A DNA stretch of 64,000 nucleotides. Origin: Callorhinchus milii. Its lineage: Eukaryota. Made by a program: the position numbers and the translations under genes. The notes beneath the pieces are model-generated. The model ran no database searches and was not told the origin of the DNA. It saw nothing but the letters and a program-made list of their open reading frames with translations. The stretch covers positions 88,538,001 to 88,602,000 of the forward strand of contig NW_024704743.1 in the NCBI RefSeq assembly GCF_018977255.1, read 5' to 3'. Position 1 is the first letter of the stretch. Each line of letters starts with the position of its first letter. Shown piece after piece: positions 52,153-64,000 of this stretch.

Positions 52153-53596
52153 CACTCATATTGTGAGGCAGAACAAAAAACATACTCTAATAACAAGCAT
52201 CAGTTCAATGAGCACCATGATCCATATACATCAGATAGTCATTTGTGAACACTAAGATCCATGTATATTGGAGACAAATTGCCCCAACAATGTGCCTCAA
52301 TGGTTAAGCTGAACAAACAGCTTGAGGTTTGCATTTTATTAAACTATTTAATTGATGTTATGAAACATAAACTAAATCAACTCAAATGCGTTTGAATTGA
52401 ATAAACTTTACTAGAGTAAGATTCAAAACAGCTTTCCTTGGAGTATTCCCTTAACTCAAGCATAAATAAGTAATGCAAAACCAAACATCAAAGAGACATG
52501 GAGAAGACACGGTGGGAGTTGAAAAATAATATATCAAGTGAGGAGGATCATGTAACATTTCAGTGTCAGTTCACTTTAAAAGTTAAGTTAAACTGATGTT
52601 TCACGTACCAGCAATTGTTGAAAATTGTGGTCTAACTTCACAAATATCAATTGGTGTGATCAACCCCCAATAACAACATGACAGGTTGGCCCAAATCTGG
52701 CTGAACCCTCTGGCTGCAGTGCTTGTTGTCACCCACAAAGCACAATGTTTCAGTGCCATTTCAAGTTGATGTGTCTTAACTAAGATAATTTCACTGCCAG
52801 TTCACAGAATACCAGTGAAAATCAACTTTTAAAGTTAATTGTTATTGGAATGCATTCATGAGGCAGAAGGGAAATAAAGGGGTATGAGAGAGGTGTTTAG
52901 GAGGGGTGGACGCTCGTGTGAAATATAAACACCAGTATGGTCTGGTTGGGTTGAGTGGCCTGTTTCTGTGCTATGTAATTCTATGGAAATGCCTCCCTCC
53001 AAGTCCAGTGTTTGATGTCTGTGTAAATGGCTTCAAGACCATGTTGTGCAGACTGGATTGGAGGTGGTCACGACAGCAGTGGAGTTTCCAGTGACATGAT
53101 CATATCACCAGTGATAGTTCAATGTTTTGCTTTTCACCCTGATATGTGCTGCAAATGTACGACCAGAAAGATACCTGTCAGAAACCTTGAGGCAATTATA
53201 CACCAAGAAAATAGTAAGACAGGACTCACTGGAACAGGCACATGAATACTTCATGGCTCCTGTCACTTTGAGCTCTCCTGTGAGTTTTGTGTTTCTAGTT
53301 ATAAGCCATGCGGGACTGAAGGAGGGCCTAACTACACAGGGTAAGATAGAGTGATGGAGAGGAAGCTCAGAAAGGTCGGACTTTTTAATGAAATGCTTCC
53401 TTGTTAAGAAAACTACAGTTTAAATCCCAGATTGCTATCCTCTCAGGTACGGCATCTATTAACATGCAATTCCTATTTATCGTTTTAGAAAAATGACAGA
53501 AAGGAAGTGCAGTAGCTTCAAAGGTGAACGTCCTCTCCTTTTCTACATTGCGCGGGACTGAACAACATCAAAAATGGTAAAGCATAATGTACTTAC

Positions 53597-53622
53597 CACA
53601 TACTTCCTCAATATTTATGTTA
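53597..53622 (-). CDS. NECAB1: NECAB1 coding exon 4 (26-nt microexon, end of second EF-hand)
   Basis: Minus strand reads tttcag|T AAC ATA AAT ATT GAG GAA GTA TGT G|gtaagt = NINIEEVC, matching recalled human NLDTEELC. The phase joins the next exon (G+AG = E). Confidence 0.88.
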
Positions 53623-54079
53623 CTGAAATGAAAACAAAATAAATAGCTTTAGTATTATTTTATACGCAAGTCATCATTGGTATGAAACAAAATATTAAAT
53701 ATTTATAGTTTGGTGGAGTAAGCCATACATTATTGCTACAATTCCATTTAAAATGTCTTCTGCAATATGTATTTTCCAATTGCTAAAACAAGTGACAGTA
53801 ATAATTCAATGACCTCCAAATATCAAAGTCATTTTGCCATTAGAAAACTACTTGCAATTTTTTTTAAAAAATCGTAAATTGTATTAAAATCAATCATTTT
53901 TTGTTTCAAATGACAATAAGTGAATTACTCTTTTTAATTCACAAATGAGAAATGAATAAAGGAGGCCCTTTGGTGGATTTGATCTCATTATGGTACAAAA
54001 AAATATAAAATATTTATAGATTGGTGGAGTATGCCAACATTATTGTTACAGTTCCATTTAATGTTACAGTTCTACTTCG

Positions 54080-54316
54080 GTTGTTAGTTGATTGGAGGAT
54101 TGCTTTTCCGGGTGTAATAATTCCTTCAAAATAATAATAATAAATTGGTCACTTCAATCCATGACTGTTTGTGGGACATTGCTGTGTGCAATTGGCTGCG
54201 CATTTTGCTCACAAAATATAGTCAATTCACTTTACAGTGTATTCTGTGAAGCACTTTAAGATGTCTCGAAGACGTGATAAGGCACGATCAAATGCAAGGA
54301 TTATTATTATTATTAT
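54080..54316 (+). mobile_element. 5'-truncated long-form tRNA SINE
   Basis: Shared body and (ATT)n tail. Confidence 0.85.
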
Positions 54317-55580
54317 AAAATACCTTCCCTACGGGCTTCTCATTAAAACATCGAGATATTTCTTAAATAATTTCAGTGTCCTGGCCTGGACCATCCTTTC
54401 TGGTCTGTTCCATCTGTTCATCATTCTTTGTGTAAAGAAACAATTCCTGGTGTCTGTCTTAAAATTGCTCACAACAACCCCAAACCTGAGATCTTTTGTC
54501 CTTCTGCTTTGGCATATCTTAAAGTATTGTTCAGATTTCTTATCTCTGTCCTGTCAAATATACGGAAATATATGGACTAAAAAAAGGCATAATCTGATGA
54601 TTATTACATCCTTTTCTTTTCTTTTGGTCAGTAGTCATCATGATAGCCATATGACAGTTCACAGAGTGGGCTGTTTCTGAGCCTTCTACAAAGTGGCAGT
54701 CTTTAATTGAGTGTACTACAGAACAGGCTGTCTCTAACTGAGCCTATTACAGTAATCTCTCTTATTCAAGAATGCTACATAATACAGTAAAAATCATATT
54801 TTGTCCACAAAATACAGTCACTCCACTTTACAGTACATCCTGTGTAGCACTTTGAGATGTCTTGATGATGTGATAAGGCACCATTACAAATTCAAGGATT
54901 ATTATAATGAATAACCCTTTTTATTCTTGTGCTCTTTTACAATAAAACCCAAGAAATATTTCTAGTCATCAACAGGAGCTTGTGTGCTTTTGTTCAAGAA
55001 ACTGATTTGAGCTGATGCTTCTCTTTGTAAGATCTTTGTTGCTTCTTTTGATTCTGGTTCCTATTAGCGAGAGTGCTATCCAGTGAGCCAAGCTGACCCT
55101 GGCTGGTAAGGACAGAAAACAAACTATCATTTGTGGTGGTGTGTGTGTATATAAAAAAAAGGTTCTGATCCCTATGTTTATCAATTAAATAACAAAATAG
55201 AAAGAGAAGAACAGGGAAGGCCTTGTGAGTAAACCTCATAGGAATAATACAGCCGCACAGAAAAGCAATCTCAATGCAGGAGCACTAAACCTGGGCTATG
55301 TTATTGCATTTTTGAATAGTGCTGATCCACTTTGGTCCACTAGGGTTTCTATCACAAAAATATAATTTTGAAGAACCATAGGGACCTTTAAAATGGAATA
55401 GCTTTGTGCTGAATTGCAATGCCAGTGCTTGATAGAAATTCTATTGACTGAAAATTAGTTATTGCAAAAATGTCACTGACTGCAGCTGATTGATGGTGAC
55501 AAGAATAAAGTGGACCGATTGTGATGGAACCAGCACAAGTCCATGTCTCAGTGGCTGACACACTTAAAATTTTTATTTGA

Positions 55581-56110
55581 TTACATCATAGAATTATACA
55601 GCACAGAAGGAGGCCATTTGGCCCATTGTGTCCATGTCGGCTCTATGAAAGAACTGTCCAAATTAATCCCGCCATGGCTCTGCAAACTTGTCCTCCCTAA
55701 ATAATTATTTACTTCTCTCTTGAAAGTTGTAGTTCCTGGGTTTATCCTTCTCTCTCTTTTTGTAAAGGGGAGTAACATTTGCAACCCTCCAGTCCTCTGG
55801 CACCACTCCAGTGTCCAAGGAGGATTGAAAGATTGTGGTTAGCGCCTCCGCTATTTCCACCCTTACTTTCTTCAGTCACCTAGGATGCATCCAGTCTGGA
55901 CCGGGTGGCTTATCTACTTTGAGCATCAACCTTTTAAGTACCTCCTCTTGGTTTATTCGTATCCTATCCAATTTCTCTACCTTCTCCTCCGATACTGTGG
56001 CATTGGCTGTATCCTCTTCTTTTGTGAAGACAGATCGAAAGTACTCATTCAGTACGTCAGCCATGCCCTCTGCCTCCACAGGAAGATTTCCTCTTCGGAA
56101 ATCACACATC
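55581..56110 (-). mobile_element. Internally deleted CR1
   Basis: MADVLNEYFRSVFTKE...KVDKPPGPDWMHPR and ANVTPLYKK-like codons, fused almost directly to the 3' UTR. Confidence 0.85.
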
Positions 56111-56379
56111 TCTTTTTCTCTCCAATGAGTTTGAACATGTTTTTGTCTACTTTGGGTACATGCATTGATATCTAGCCTGGACTGCTAGGAGAAGGATACT
56201 GACAAAAGTGTTCTGAGTATGCAAATTTTCAATTCAGTCTCTAATGAGTGCTTGTCCACATCACACAACTGCATACCATTTGACACGAAGAGCAAAATTA
56301 ACAAACTGCTTCTTAATGTTAGCGACTATTGCATTCCTTGCTTACAACAGATGTCAGCCTGATTCAATTAATGGCATTC

Positions 56380-56793
56380 ATGCCAGAAGGTTGCGGTTCC
56401 AGCCTCTCATTTGTACTTCAAACTCACAGTCTAATTGGAAGTGTGCTGCATTGTTAGAGGTGCTGTTCTTTGGATGACAGGTTAATCCAAGGTAGTTTTT
56501 TGTTTATTCAGTTGGACATCAAAGATCCCACAGCACAATTCAAATATAAAAGGAAGTTTATCTGAGTGTCCTGTCCAACATCCCCCAAATAAAATTCGTC
56601 ATCCACTTAATGTCTATTAAATTGTGTCAATTTGTACACATTGTTGTGTGCAAATTGGCTGCTGCATTCATCTACAAATATGCAGTCAGTATAGCTGCAT
56701 TTATTTGACAGTAAAATCCTGTGAAGTACTTTCAGACGTCTTGATGATGTGATGTCTCAATGATACTTGATCAAACGCAAAGATTATTATTAT
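56380..56793 (+). mobile_element. Old DeuSINE
   Basis: Decayed head, Deu core and tail. Confidence 0.7.
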
Positions 56794-57535
56794 TCCAATA
56801 GTTATAGATATGAACTGTGGGAGTGATGTGCAACACATTATTTTCCCTAATTAGCATCCAATTGGTGTTTTTGAGGTAACTAGTGTGAAATTGGAAGATT
56901 CACACTTGTGCATTAGGAGATAATGCTGTGAGGTTAGGCTTGGGAGAGAGTAAAGGGAACTGCATTATATATCTAGCTGTGCTATCACTGAACCTGGGTA
57001 TATTTGACGCTTACACTGGATGCAATATATGAAAAGGTGGTGGCGTTGTCAATACAATTTACATTAAGATAGCTTCTTTCACATCAGGTAGACTTCTCAA
57101 AGTGCATACACTTCTAAATTTCTAATCTTCGTGAGTAAAATATTTTGCTCATGGAGCGATCTTATCATAGAGTTTGACTTTTAAACAATGAATTGCTTTA
57201 ACTTGTGGTTCCTTCTGCTGCTGGTTTTAAACACTGTGAAACCACTCAAAAAGATTTCTTGCTGTTTTTTTCCTATTAACATACTTCCTAACTCACCATG
57301 GTGCTTTATGATTCTTCCTGCGTTTATTTTATTTGCATCTGTTTAACAACTGTGACATCGGAGGAATGTTACTGCAGCTCATTGTGCTCTGCAGACAATT
57401 GAAAGTGTGCACTGTGCAGCGATGTGCAGAGACAAAATCTAACTTCTGGGAGCAAGGTTGAGTGATCAAGGTTAATTTCTGTTGTGTGTTCTACTAAAGG
57501 TCACCAATAAAATATATATCATATATAATATATAA

Positions 57536-57710
57536 TAAATAATCATCCTTGCATTTCATGCAGCATCTATCACATCTTCGAGACGCCTCAAAGCGCTTCA
57601 CAGAATATACGGTAAAGTGAATTGACTGTAAATTTGTGGGTGAAACACGGCAGCCAATTGCGCACAGCAGTGTCTCACAAACAGTCATGGATTGAAGTGA
57701 CCAATTTGGT
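57536..57710 (-). mobile_element. 5'-truncated tRNA SINE
   Basis: Family body and tail. Confidence 0.85.
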
Positions 57711-58277
57711 TTGAGAGCAGGATAACACAGAGCTGGGATGTGGAGGTGTGGTAAAGTTAGAAGGTGGATATTTAAGCCAATCCACAGGGGAATAGGGAGC
57801 TAATAGAGCTTGGCGAGGATGAGGTGTTGGACTTGTGGAGTATGGTATGGGAAAGCCTAGGATTGGCCAGCATATAGTGTATGGGTTTGTGTTTGCGTGG
57901 TTTCCAGGCGTTTGTTTGGGTAAACATGTGAGCGAACGGTGCACATCGGGGCACCATCCAAAAGCGGCAAGTGCACCTTATTAGGGTGTGTGTGGATGCG
58001 CACATGGATGTAGTGCACACAGGGGCGATTCCCGACCGTCTTAAAGGGAGCGTCCCCCAAAAATATGTGCACGTTCTGTGTGCTGTAAATCTGTCCACGC
58101 TCTCCATGAAGAGGGGAGGGATAGGGACGTGAGGGGTACAAGACCCTGTTTCTAACTGCGCCCGGCAAATGGCGGCAGAACCACGAGGCGGGGAAGCCTT
58201 GATCGCTCCACCAAAGTGGAATGCACAGAGGCCATCCCACTCGCCACAGGGGGCCGGGTCTGTTGAGTTCTGTAACA
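57711..58277 (-). mobile_element. CpG-rich unclassified insertion, possibly an LTR fragment
   Basis: More than 20 CpGs in about 450 bp. It has a sharp edge, beginning TGTTACA on the minus strand. Confidence 0.4.
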
Positions 58278-61200
58278 GGATGATAACATATTGTACCTTT
58301 TTTTCTGTAACAGGTTTGATACTGTTTGAGACAAGTGTAAATATATATCGACAAATACAAATATATATTTTGTTTAAAAAAAGTATGGCAAAGGATAGAG
58401 GCTATGGATAATCTGGACTGACAACATGACTGGTTAATAAACAATCTGGTAAGGAGAACAGAAGAATCATAAATAGATAACATAGTCAAAAATAACCACA
58501 ATATTTATAGCAGTTGTGTGCATCATTCATTTACTTGCTGTTAATTCCTAATTAGTGTCGCTACCTTCCATATGAAATGAAGGCTGCTGAGTAGCCAGTA
58601 AACATTCACACTGCACAAGTGTGTTGTAGAGAAAACTAAAAAAATGAGACTAGCCAGTTTATGGATTGCACCCAATGGCACAGTTGTGATATCCAGAATC
58701 TTCTGAAGCTGCGTTTTATAATAATACTTACATTTAGTAAAGCATATCAGGATGACATCTCAAAGGGTGTCACAGGATATATACTGTAAAGTATAGTGAC
58801 TTTGGTTTATTTTGTATATTCTTATCACAGAGGACTATGTTGCAGAAGAAGTGCTTTCAGTGACTGTGGGGTTTAATTTTAAATTATCCTTTTGATTCAA
58901 TAAAAATGAATCCAAAATGGGGATGCCATCTAAACATCTTTGTCACAGAGCTGACTTCCTGCGGGGTCAACGAGAATTCTATCATGATTTCACAGGAGAT
59001 AATTCCTTTTTATTGAATCCTATTAAGAGATATCACAAACTAGCAGACTAGTTATTTCTAAAGGTAAGTATTGTGCCACGGGCTCTGTCAGGGCTGTAGT
59101 CCACACTGAAATACATTTTAGAAACTAGTGTTGCCAATGGCAGCAGATCGATGGCTGACTACAGGCAAGTCTCCTCAAAGGGTTTTGCAGCATTGGTTAC
59201 GTCAGTCACAGAGAGGGTGCCACAATCCTGCAGCGGCAAATCAAGCAGAAGAGGCACAGAACAGGATCAATACTCTGCCTCCCTTCTGAGCAGTCTCTGA
59301 ATAGAAATGTGTTTGCCAAAAGGTCTTAACATTACAGTTCTTACTATAACAATAACACTGGTTAGAAATCAATTTAAATGATTTAAATACTCAATTTGCT
59401 ACTCATTTTTATATGGATGGAGAGCATTATAAGCTCAGAATACCTTTTACTAGTTTTATATAAAACAAATTTGAACCCTACAATTTGGCGTCACATCATG
59501 TTTTTGCAATGCTGGAAGCAAATCACTTTGAAGACTCCTCCTGACAGATAAACAAAGCTTAATTTTATATTGCTGTAGATGCTGGCTTCAGTTCTGACAT
59601 GAGCCCGCATGGCTTACTCCAAACTATCTGACTAATGCCTCACTCCAGTAAACCCAAATGCTCAGGATATTAAGCAGACAGTATCTAATTAAGCCAGTTT
59701 CCATTCCATTTAAACGCGGTGTAAACAACAGAAGCTCCAACCCACATGTTGGCTTCAGAATTTGCAATTACAAAATAAAAATGTCAATGATTTGGGATTT
59801 TACCAAACTCTGTGCATGTTGAAGCTGTATATTATGCTATTGATGTTCTTTAACTTCAAAGTCAAATTTATGTAATTAAGGTAGATATTCAATGGCTTCC
59901 TAAAGTTCCTAATCCCTTTATTATGGCACTGATTCATTTGTGTAATATAGAGTGGGATAAAATTCTCATTTTTGCATGGTTCAAATATGTAAGGACCATT
60001 AAAATATGTTTTAACCTCTTTTCACTGATACATTTTGGGTGAAAAGGTGTCAGTAGAAAAATTACTTACATGTATTTCATTTTTCAAAAAATGGATTTGC
60101 AGATTTATTCCACTGTCTGTGTGAGTCAAGTGCTCCAAGGCATTACCCTGTGGGAAGGTTGCTATATCAATGCAAGTTGTTGTTGGTGCTGACTTTATGT
60201 GTCATCCTGAAACTTACCTTTCTGGACTGCTGTTTCAGGGAATGTGTGCACAATGAAATGGACACACAGGCGAGGCGATTCGTGGAGTGCAATGTCATAT
60301 CACATTGAATGGTTTATGTAGCAGATGTTCCAAAATAAATTCTGATTTTCCAAATTTATTTATTTTGGGATCATTTTCTCCCTGACTTTCAGCTGTTTAT
60401 ATAACAGAAAAATGCAGACTCCAAAATCCCTGTTAAAATAGGCAGGATTTTATTTCGCGAATTAAAATTTGACTTTTGCAAATAAATTGTATTCAAACCT
60501 AATCAAACCTAAACTTGCTCACTCTTTGGGTCTGACTGAGAGAACTGAATGAGTCCTGCCCCATCAGCAGCCTCAGTGGTAAAGGTATAATGGGCACCAA
60601 AACAGTACCAAGTGGTTTGACTAAAAGTGACTCAGAGTTATAAATAGGATGTCCTGCCAGTAACCAGCAGTGGGTCAATGGTGGGGCGATTCCAACTCTG
60701 AAACCTGCAGTAGATTCTTGGAGGGCAGCAGGTGTGATGTAGTTCCAGTTTCCGTCAAGAATCCCTGTTAGTTGCTGATAGTGAATCATGTTAAGCACCA
60801 GCACATTTTCATGTCCTATTGTATTTTTACCTCTGTATAAATGCAACTTGTAGTAACAGACTCCCATATTTCTGAGACACAAAACTGCCACTGAAATTGG
60901 ATAACAATGAATTATTTTTGTATTCCCATTTCATTTAATCTAAGAGCACTTAGAACTTGTTCCTATAAAAAGAATAGCACAAATATAAAGTGCGCTACAT
61001 TCATTACAAACTGATCCCAGTGATGCCTGAGCCGCTTAATGCACCGACCATGAATTATTCATGACATCATCCGAACTCTACACTGAAACTCTGCTTTCCC
61101 TTGTTAGTTAATTTCTCCAGTTAGGTGCTGACAGACACTTGTACCTCTATGATATAATGCTGACATTCACTTCCTTCTAAATATGTATTGCTCCCACTCA

Positions 61201-61399
61201 GTCCTGATACTTCATTCTTTTAAAATGATTTGATCTAGAAACAGTTGGCCCAAAACCGAGCTTTTCAGTGAGAAAAGGGTTAAGCCAAACCTTACGGGGT
61301 GAAAGTGTGGTATTGTTCTCAGTTGGAGAGGACAATGTTTTGAGTGCCACTTCATGGAATATTCCCTTTGTCAATCTGAGCTGCATTGGTAACCCATGA

Positions 61400-61575
61400 A
61401 TAACAGAAATGACAACAGAAATCACTGGGAACGTGCAGCAGGTCAGGCAGCATATATATAGAGAAGAAAATGACTTAATGTTTCAGGTGTATGACCTTCC
61501 TTCTCCGTAGTTGCATGTTCCCAGCGACTTGTTTTTATTTCAGATTTCCAGTGCAGTATTTTGCTTTTTGTTTAT
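61400..61575. mobile_element. Penelope-like termini in inverted arrangement
   Basis: ctgggaacgtgcagcaggtcaggcagcat, then catgttcccagcgacttgtttttatttcagatttccag in the opposite orientation. Confidence 0.6.
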
Positions 61576-62819
61576 TGTTTTATAACAGATTTGACATGAA
61601 AATGATTACAACAATTTATTACTTTGTATCTGGTAAGAAACATTGTAATTACCTACTGTTGTTTCGGGGTGAGCACTCCAGCACAATGGTTGAGCCTGAA
61701 GCTGCCCAAAGCAATTTTTGTTTCAGCTGCCAAAGGTGTTTTCAATTCAAGTCTAGCTTCGCTGAAACCAATTGAAACGAACACCATTCTTCATCATCCA
61801 AAACAACAATGGCATCGACTGAAAACGTCTGTGTGTGTTTGTTGGGTGAGGGTGTATATACTGAGGTCGGTATGTGTGTGGGTGTGTGTATATGTGCTGG
61901 GATGTGGGCTGTTCAAACCAGAAATTGTGATGTTTCTTAATGAATTCAGTGTGATAATTATCACAAGAAATCCGCTCAAGAAACATTGCATTTTTTCACC
62001 CCTGCAAGTGACTACCAAGCAGTGGAAATTTACCCCTCTGCTCTTCACAGACTAGAGGGAGGGGAATGGAGCATTTCCACAGATTTGATATAATAATTAC
62101 CATTGTTTGAATGCAGCTAAAAATAGGATGCTAATTTAATTTGTTTGCCGATAACATACACAGTCACTAAACTTTACAGTGAATCCTGTGAAATACCTTG
62201 AGATGTCCTCTGACATGAACAGATCTTTATCAAATGTAAGATTTATTATTAAAAATAATCGGTATCTGTGAAGCCTTACTCAAACATGGCTTGCAGCTGG
62301 ATTGAAATAAAACAAATTGGGTTAGTTAAGTATCAGGCAAGACTGCAACCAAAGTATTTTCAAATCAATTGGAAAACTGAGACATTTCATAACTATAAAA
62401 AAAATCATTTTTCACTACAATATTTCTTACCATTTGGAATAGAAAGCCACCTGTAATAACTAGCTGAGCTGAAACATTCAATGGGGAACTGGTTATATTC
62501 CTGATTAGAGGGATTGGGGGAATAAGGATAAGAAAACAAATGAAAAATTAAATCTGTCTTCATTTCTTGCCTTCTTTCTTATTCAGCGCAATGTTGCAAG
62601 AGAATGTTGTCTTATTCCTATATTTTATATATTTGTCTTACATTTTTGAATGAAATATGAGGCTCAAAATTCCAAGTATTCTTAGCCTATGGACTATATT
62701 GTCTCAATATTTAAGATTGTGCATAATTGTGTAAAATTCTCAAATTCATTCTTATTTTACTGGATGTTACCATTCTTCAGATGAGAGATTACAACAGTTT
62801 TTTTCCTGCTATGGGGTGG

Positions 62820-64000
62820 CCAATGGCATGGTCGAAGAGGAGGGTCTTGAGGCGGGACTTAAAGGAGGCTAAGGATATAAGGATATAAGTGCCCCTCATA
62901 CACGGTAGGGTCCCAGAGCATTTGACAGTGGTGCAGCACGATGCCGAGCTGGAGGGAGGGGGAGGTAACCAAAGTCAAAGAGCAAGGTCTTCAGGCGCAA
63001 CCTGAAGATGGGGAAGGAAGGGGCAAGGTGGAGGGATAGAGGAAGAGTGTTCCAGAGTTTCGGGGCATAGTGGCTGAAAATGCAGCCATCAATGGTGGAA
63101 CATGCAGAAGGCCGAGTCAATCAAGTGGAGGCAGCAGGTTGTGGGTTGGGGGTAAGCAGGTCTGAGAGGTAGGGATGTGTCAGGGCATGAAGGGATTTGA
63201 AAATGAGTGTGAGGATCTTGAAATTGATGGGTTTGGCGATAAGTAGCCGCTGGAGCCCGGCTAGAACTGGTGTAATGGGGGTGGAGTTTTGTGCATGGTG
63301 AAGCTGGGGAGACCAGTGAAGAGGGTATTTGAAAAGTTGAGTTGGGAGGTGACGAATGCATGGATGAGTGTTTTGGCTGCGGTTGGGGTAATATACAGTT
63401 GGAGGCGGGCAATGTGGCAGAGGTGGAGGAAGTTGGTCCTGGTCAGGGACCGGATGTATGGAAGGAGGAAAGCTGAGGGTCGAACCTGACGCTGAGGTTG
63501 CTCAGTAAGTCTGAGGGATAGGCGAGGTTGAGGAGGTCAGAGGCATGGGATAGAAGACGTTAACGGGAGCCAATGAGAATGGGTTCCGTCTTGTCAACAG
63601 TTAGTTGTAGGAAGTTTTCGCTCATCCAGGCCCTGATGTCTACCAGGCAAACCGAGAGAACATCGGCGGGAACCAGACTGGAGGGGCTTGCGGAGCAAGT
63701 GGAGGGAGAGGTGAGAGCAAAGCTAGTTAGCCACAACATGTTCCAGAACTTTTGCAAGGAAGGACAAGTTGGAAATGGGATGGTAATTTGTGAGATTGGA
63801 GGGTCAAGGGTGGGATTTTTGAGGAGGGGAGTGATCACAGCAGTTTTAAGAAGGAGAAGAACAGAATCTGAGGAGAGCCACTGGTTGATTGTGTCGGCCA
63901 GCAGCGGTCAGAGGGGTGGGAGTTGGGTGACCAGCAATTGGGTGGGGAGAGGGTCGAGGCAGCAGGAGGATGGGCTTCCTCTGGAAGGTGGTGGTTGAAA
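62820..64000 (-). mobile_element. Decayed, internally deleted L2 running off the window end
   Basis: ITPLLKNPTLDP, DIRAWMSENFLQLTVDKTE and APKLWNTLPLSL...LKTLLFD. Confidence 0.88.

Noticed and set aside
57290..57320. Strong donor CATG|gtgagt on the gene strand
   Set aside because: The nearest acceptor is A-rich with no pyrimidine tract, the ATG would be out of frame with exon 4, and there is no NECAB homology.
57857..58501. 214-aa ORF as a nested gene
   Set aside because: It starts in AT-rich low-complexity sequence, crosses the boundary of the GC-rich insert, and has no recognisable domain or exon structure.
60218..60229. 9- or 12-nt microexon (NAGNAG acceptor, AAG|gtaagt donor) in intron 3
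   Set aside because: Such short matches are expected by chance, it would interrupt the EF-hand loop, and it has no homology support.
1..64000. CRISPR array, operon or other prokaryotic/viral system
   Set aside because: There is no regular repeat-spacer array and no long intact ORF. The sequence is spliced vertebrate gene DNA and the recurring motifs are SINE and LINE tails.

Overview
Vertebrate genomic DNA, most likely from a cartilaginous fish; the CR1, L2, DeuSINE and tRNA-SINE repertoire resembles what I recall from holocephalans such as Callorhinchus, which is inference only. The whole window lies inside one gene on the minus strand, NECAB1 (N-terminal EF-hand calcium-binding protein 1). 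I reconstructed eight consecutive coding exons by hand, numbered 4-11 by analogy with the human gene. They total 708 nt, all have AG/GT boundaries, and all splice phases are compatible. They encode ...[235 protein letters not shown]... I did not find exons 1-3 or 12-13, which presumably lie outside the window. The introns are dense with truncated L2 and CR1 LINEs, two kinds of SINE, Penelope-like ends and unclassified repeats. Nearly all ORFs in the supplied track are repeat-derived or spurious. The main leads are: a frame-preserving candidate cassette exon in intron 5; several inverted-repeat (dsRNA) structures, one pair flanking exons 5-6; covariation and loop sharing in the SINE/L2 3' stem-loop; a decayed hammerhead core in a Penelope-like end; and unclassified repeats. 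I see no convincing wholly new multi-gene system. Repeat boundaries are approximate.
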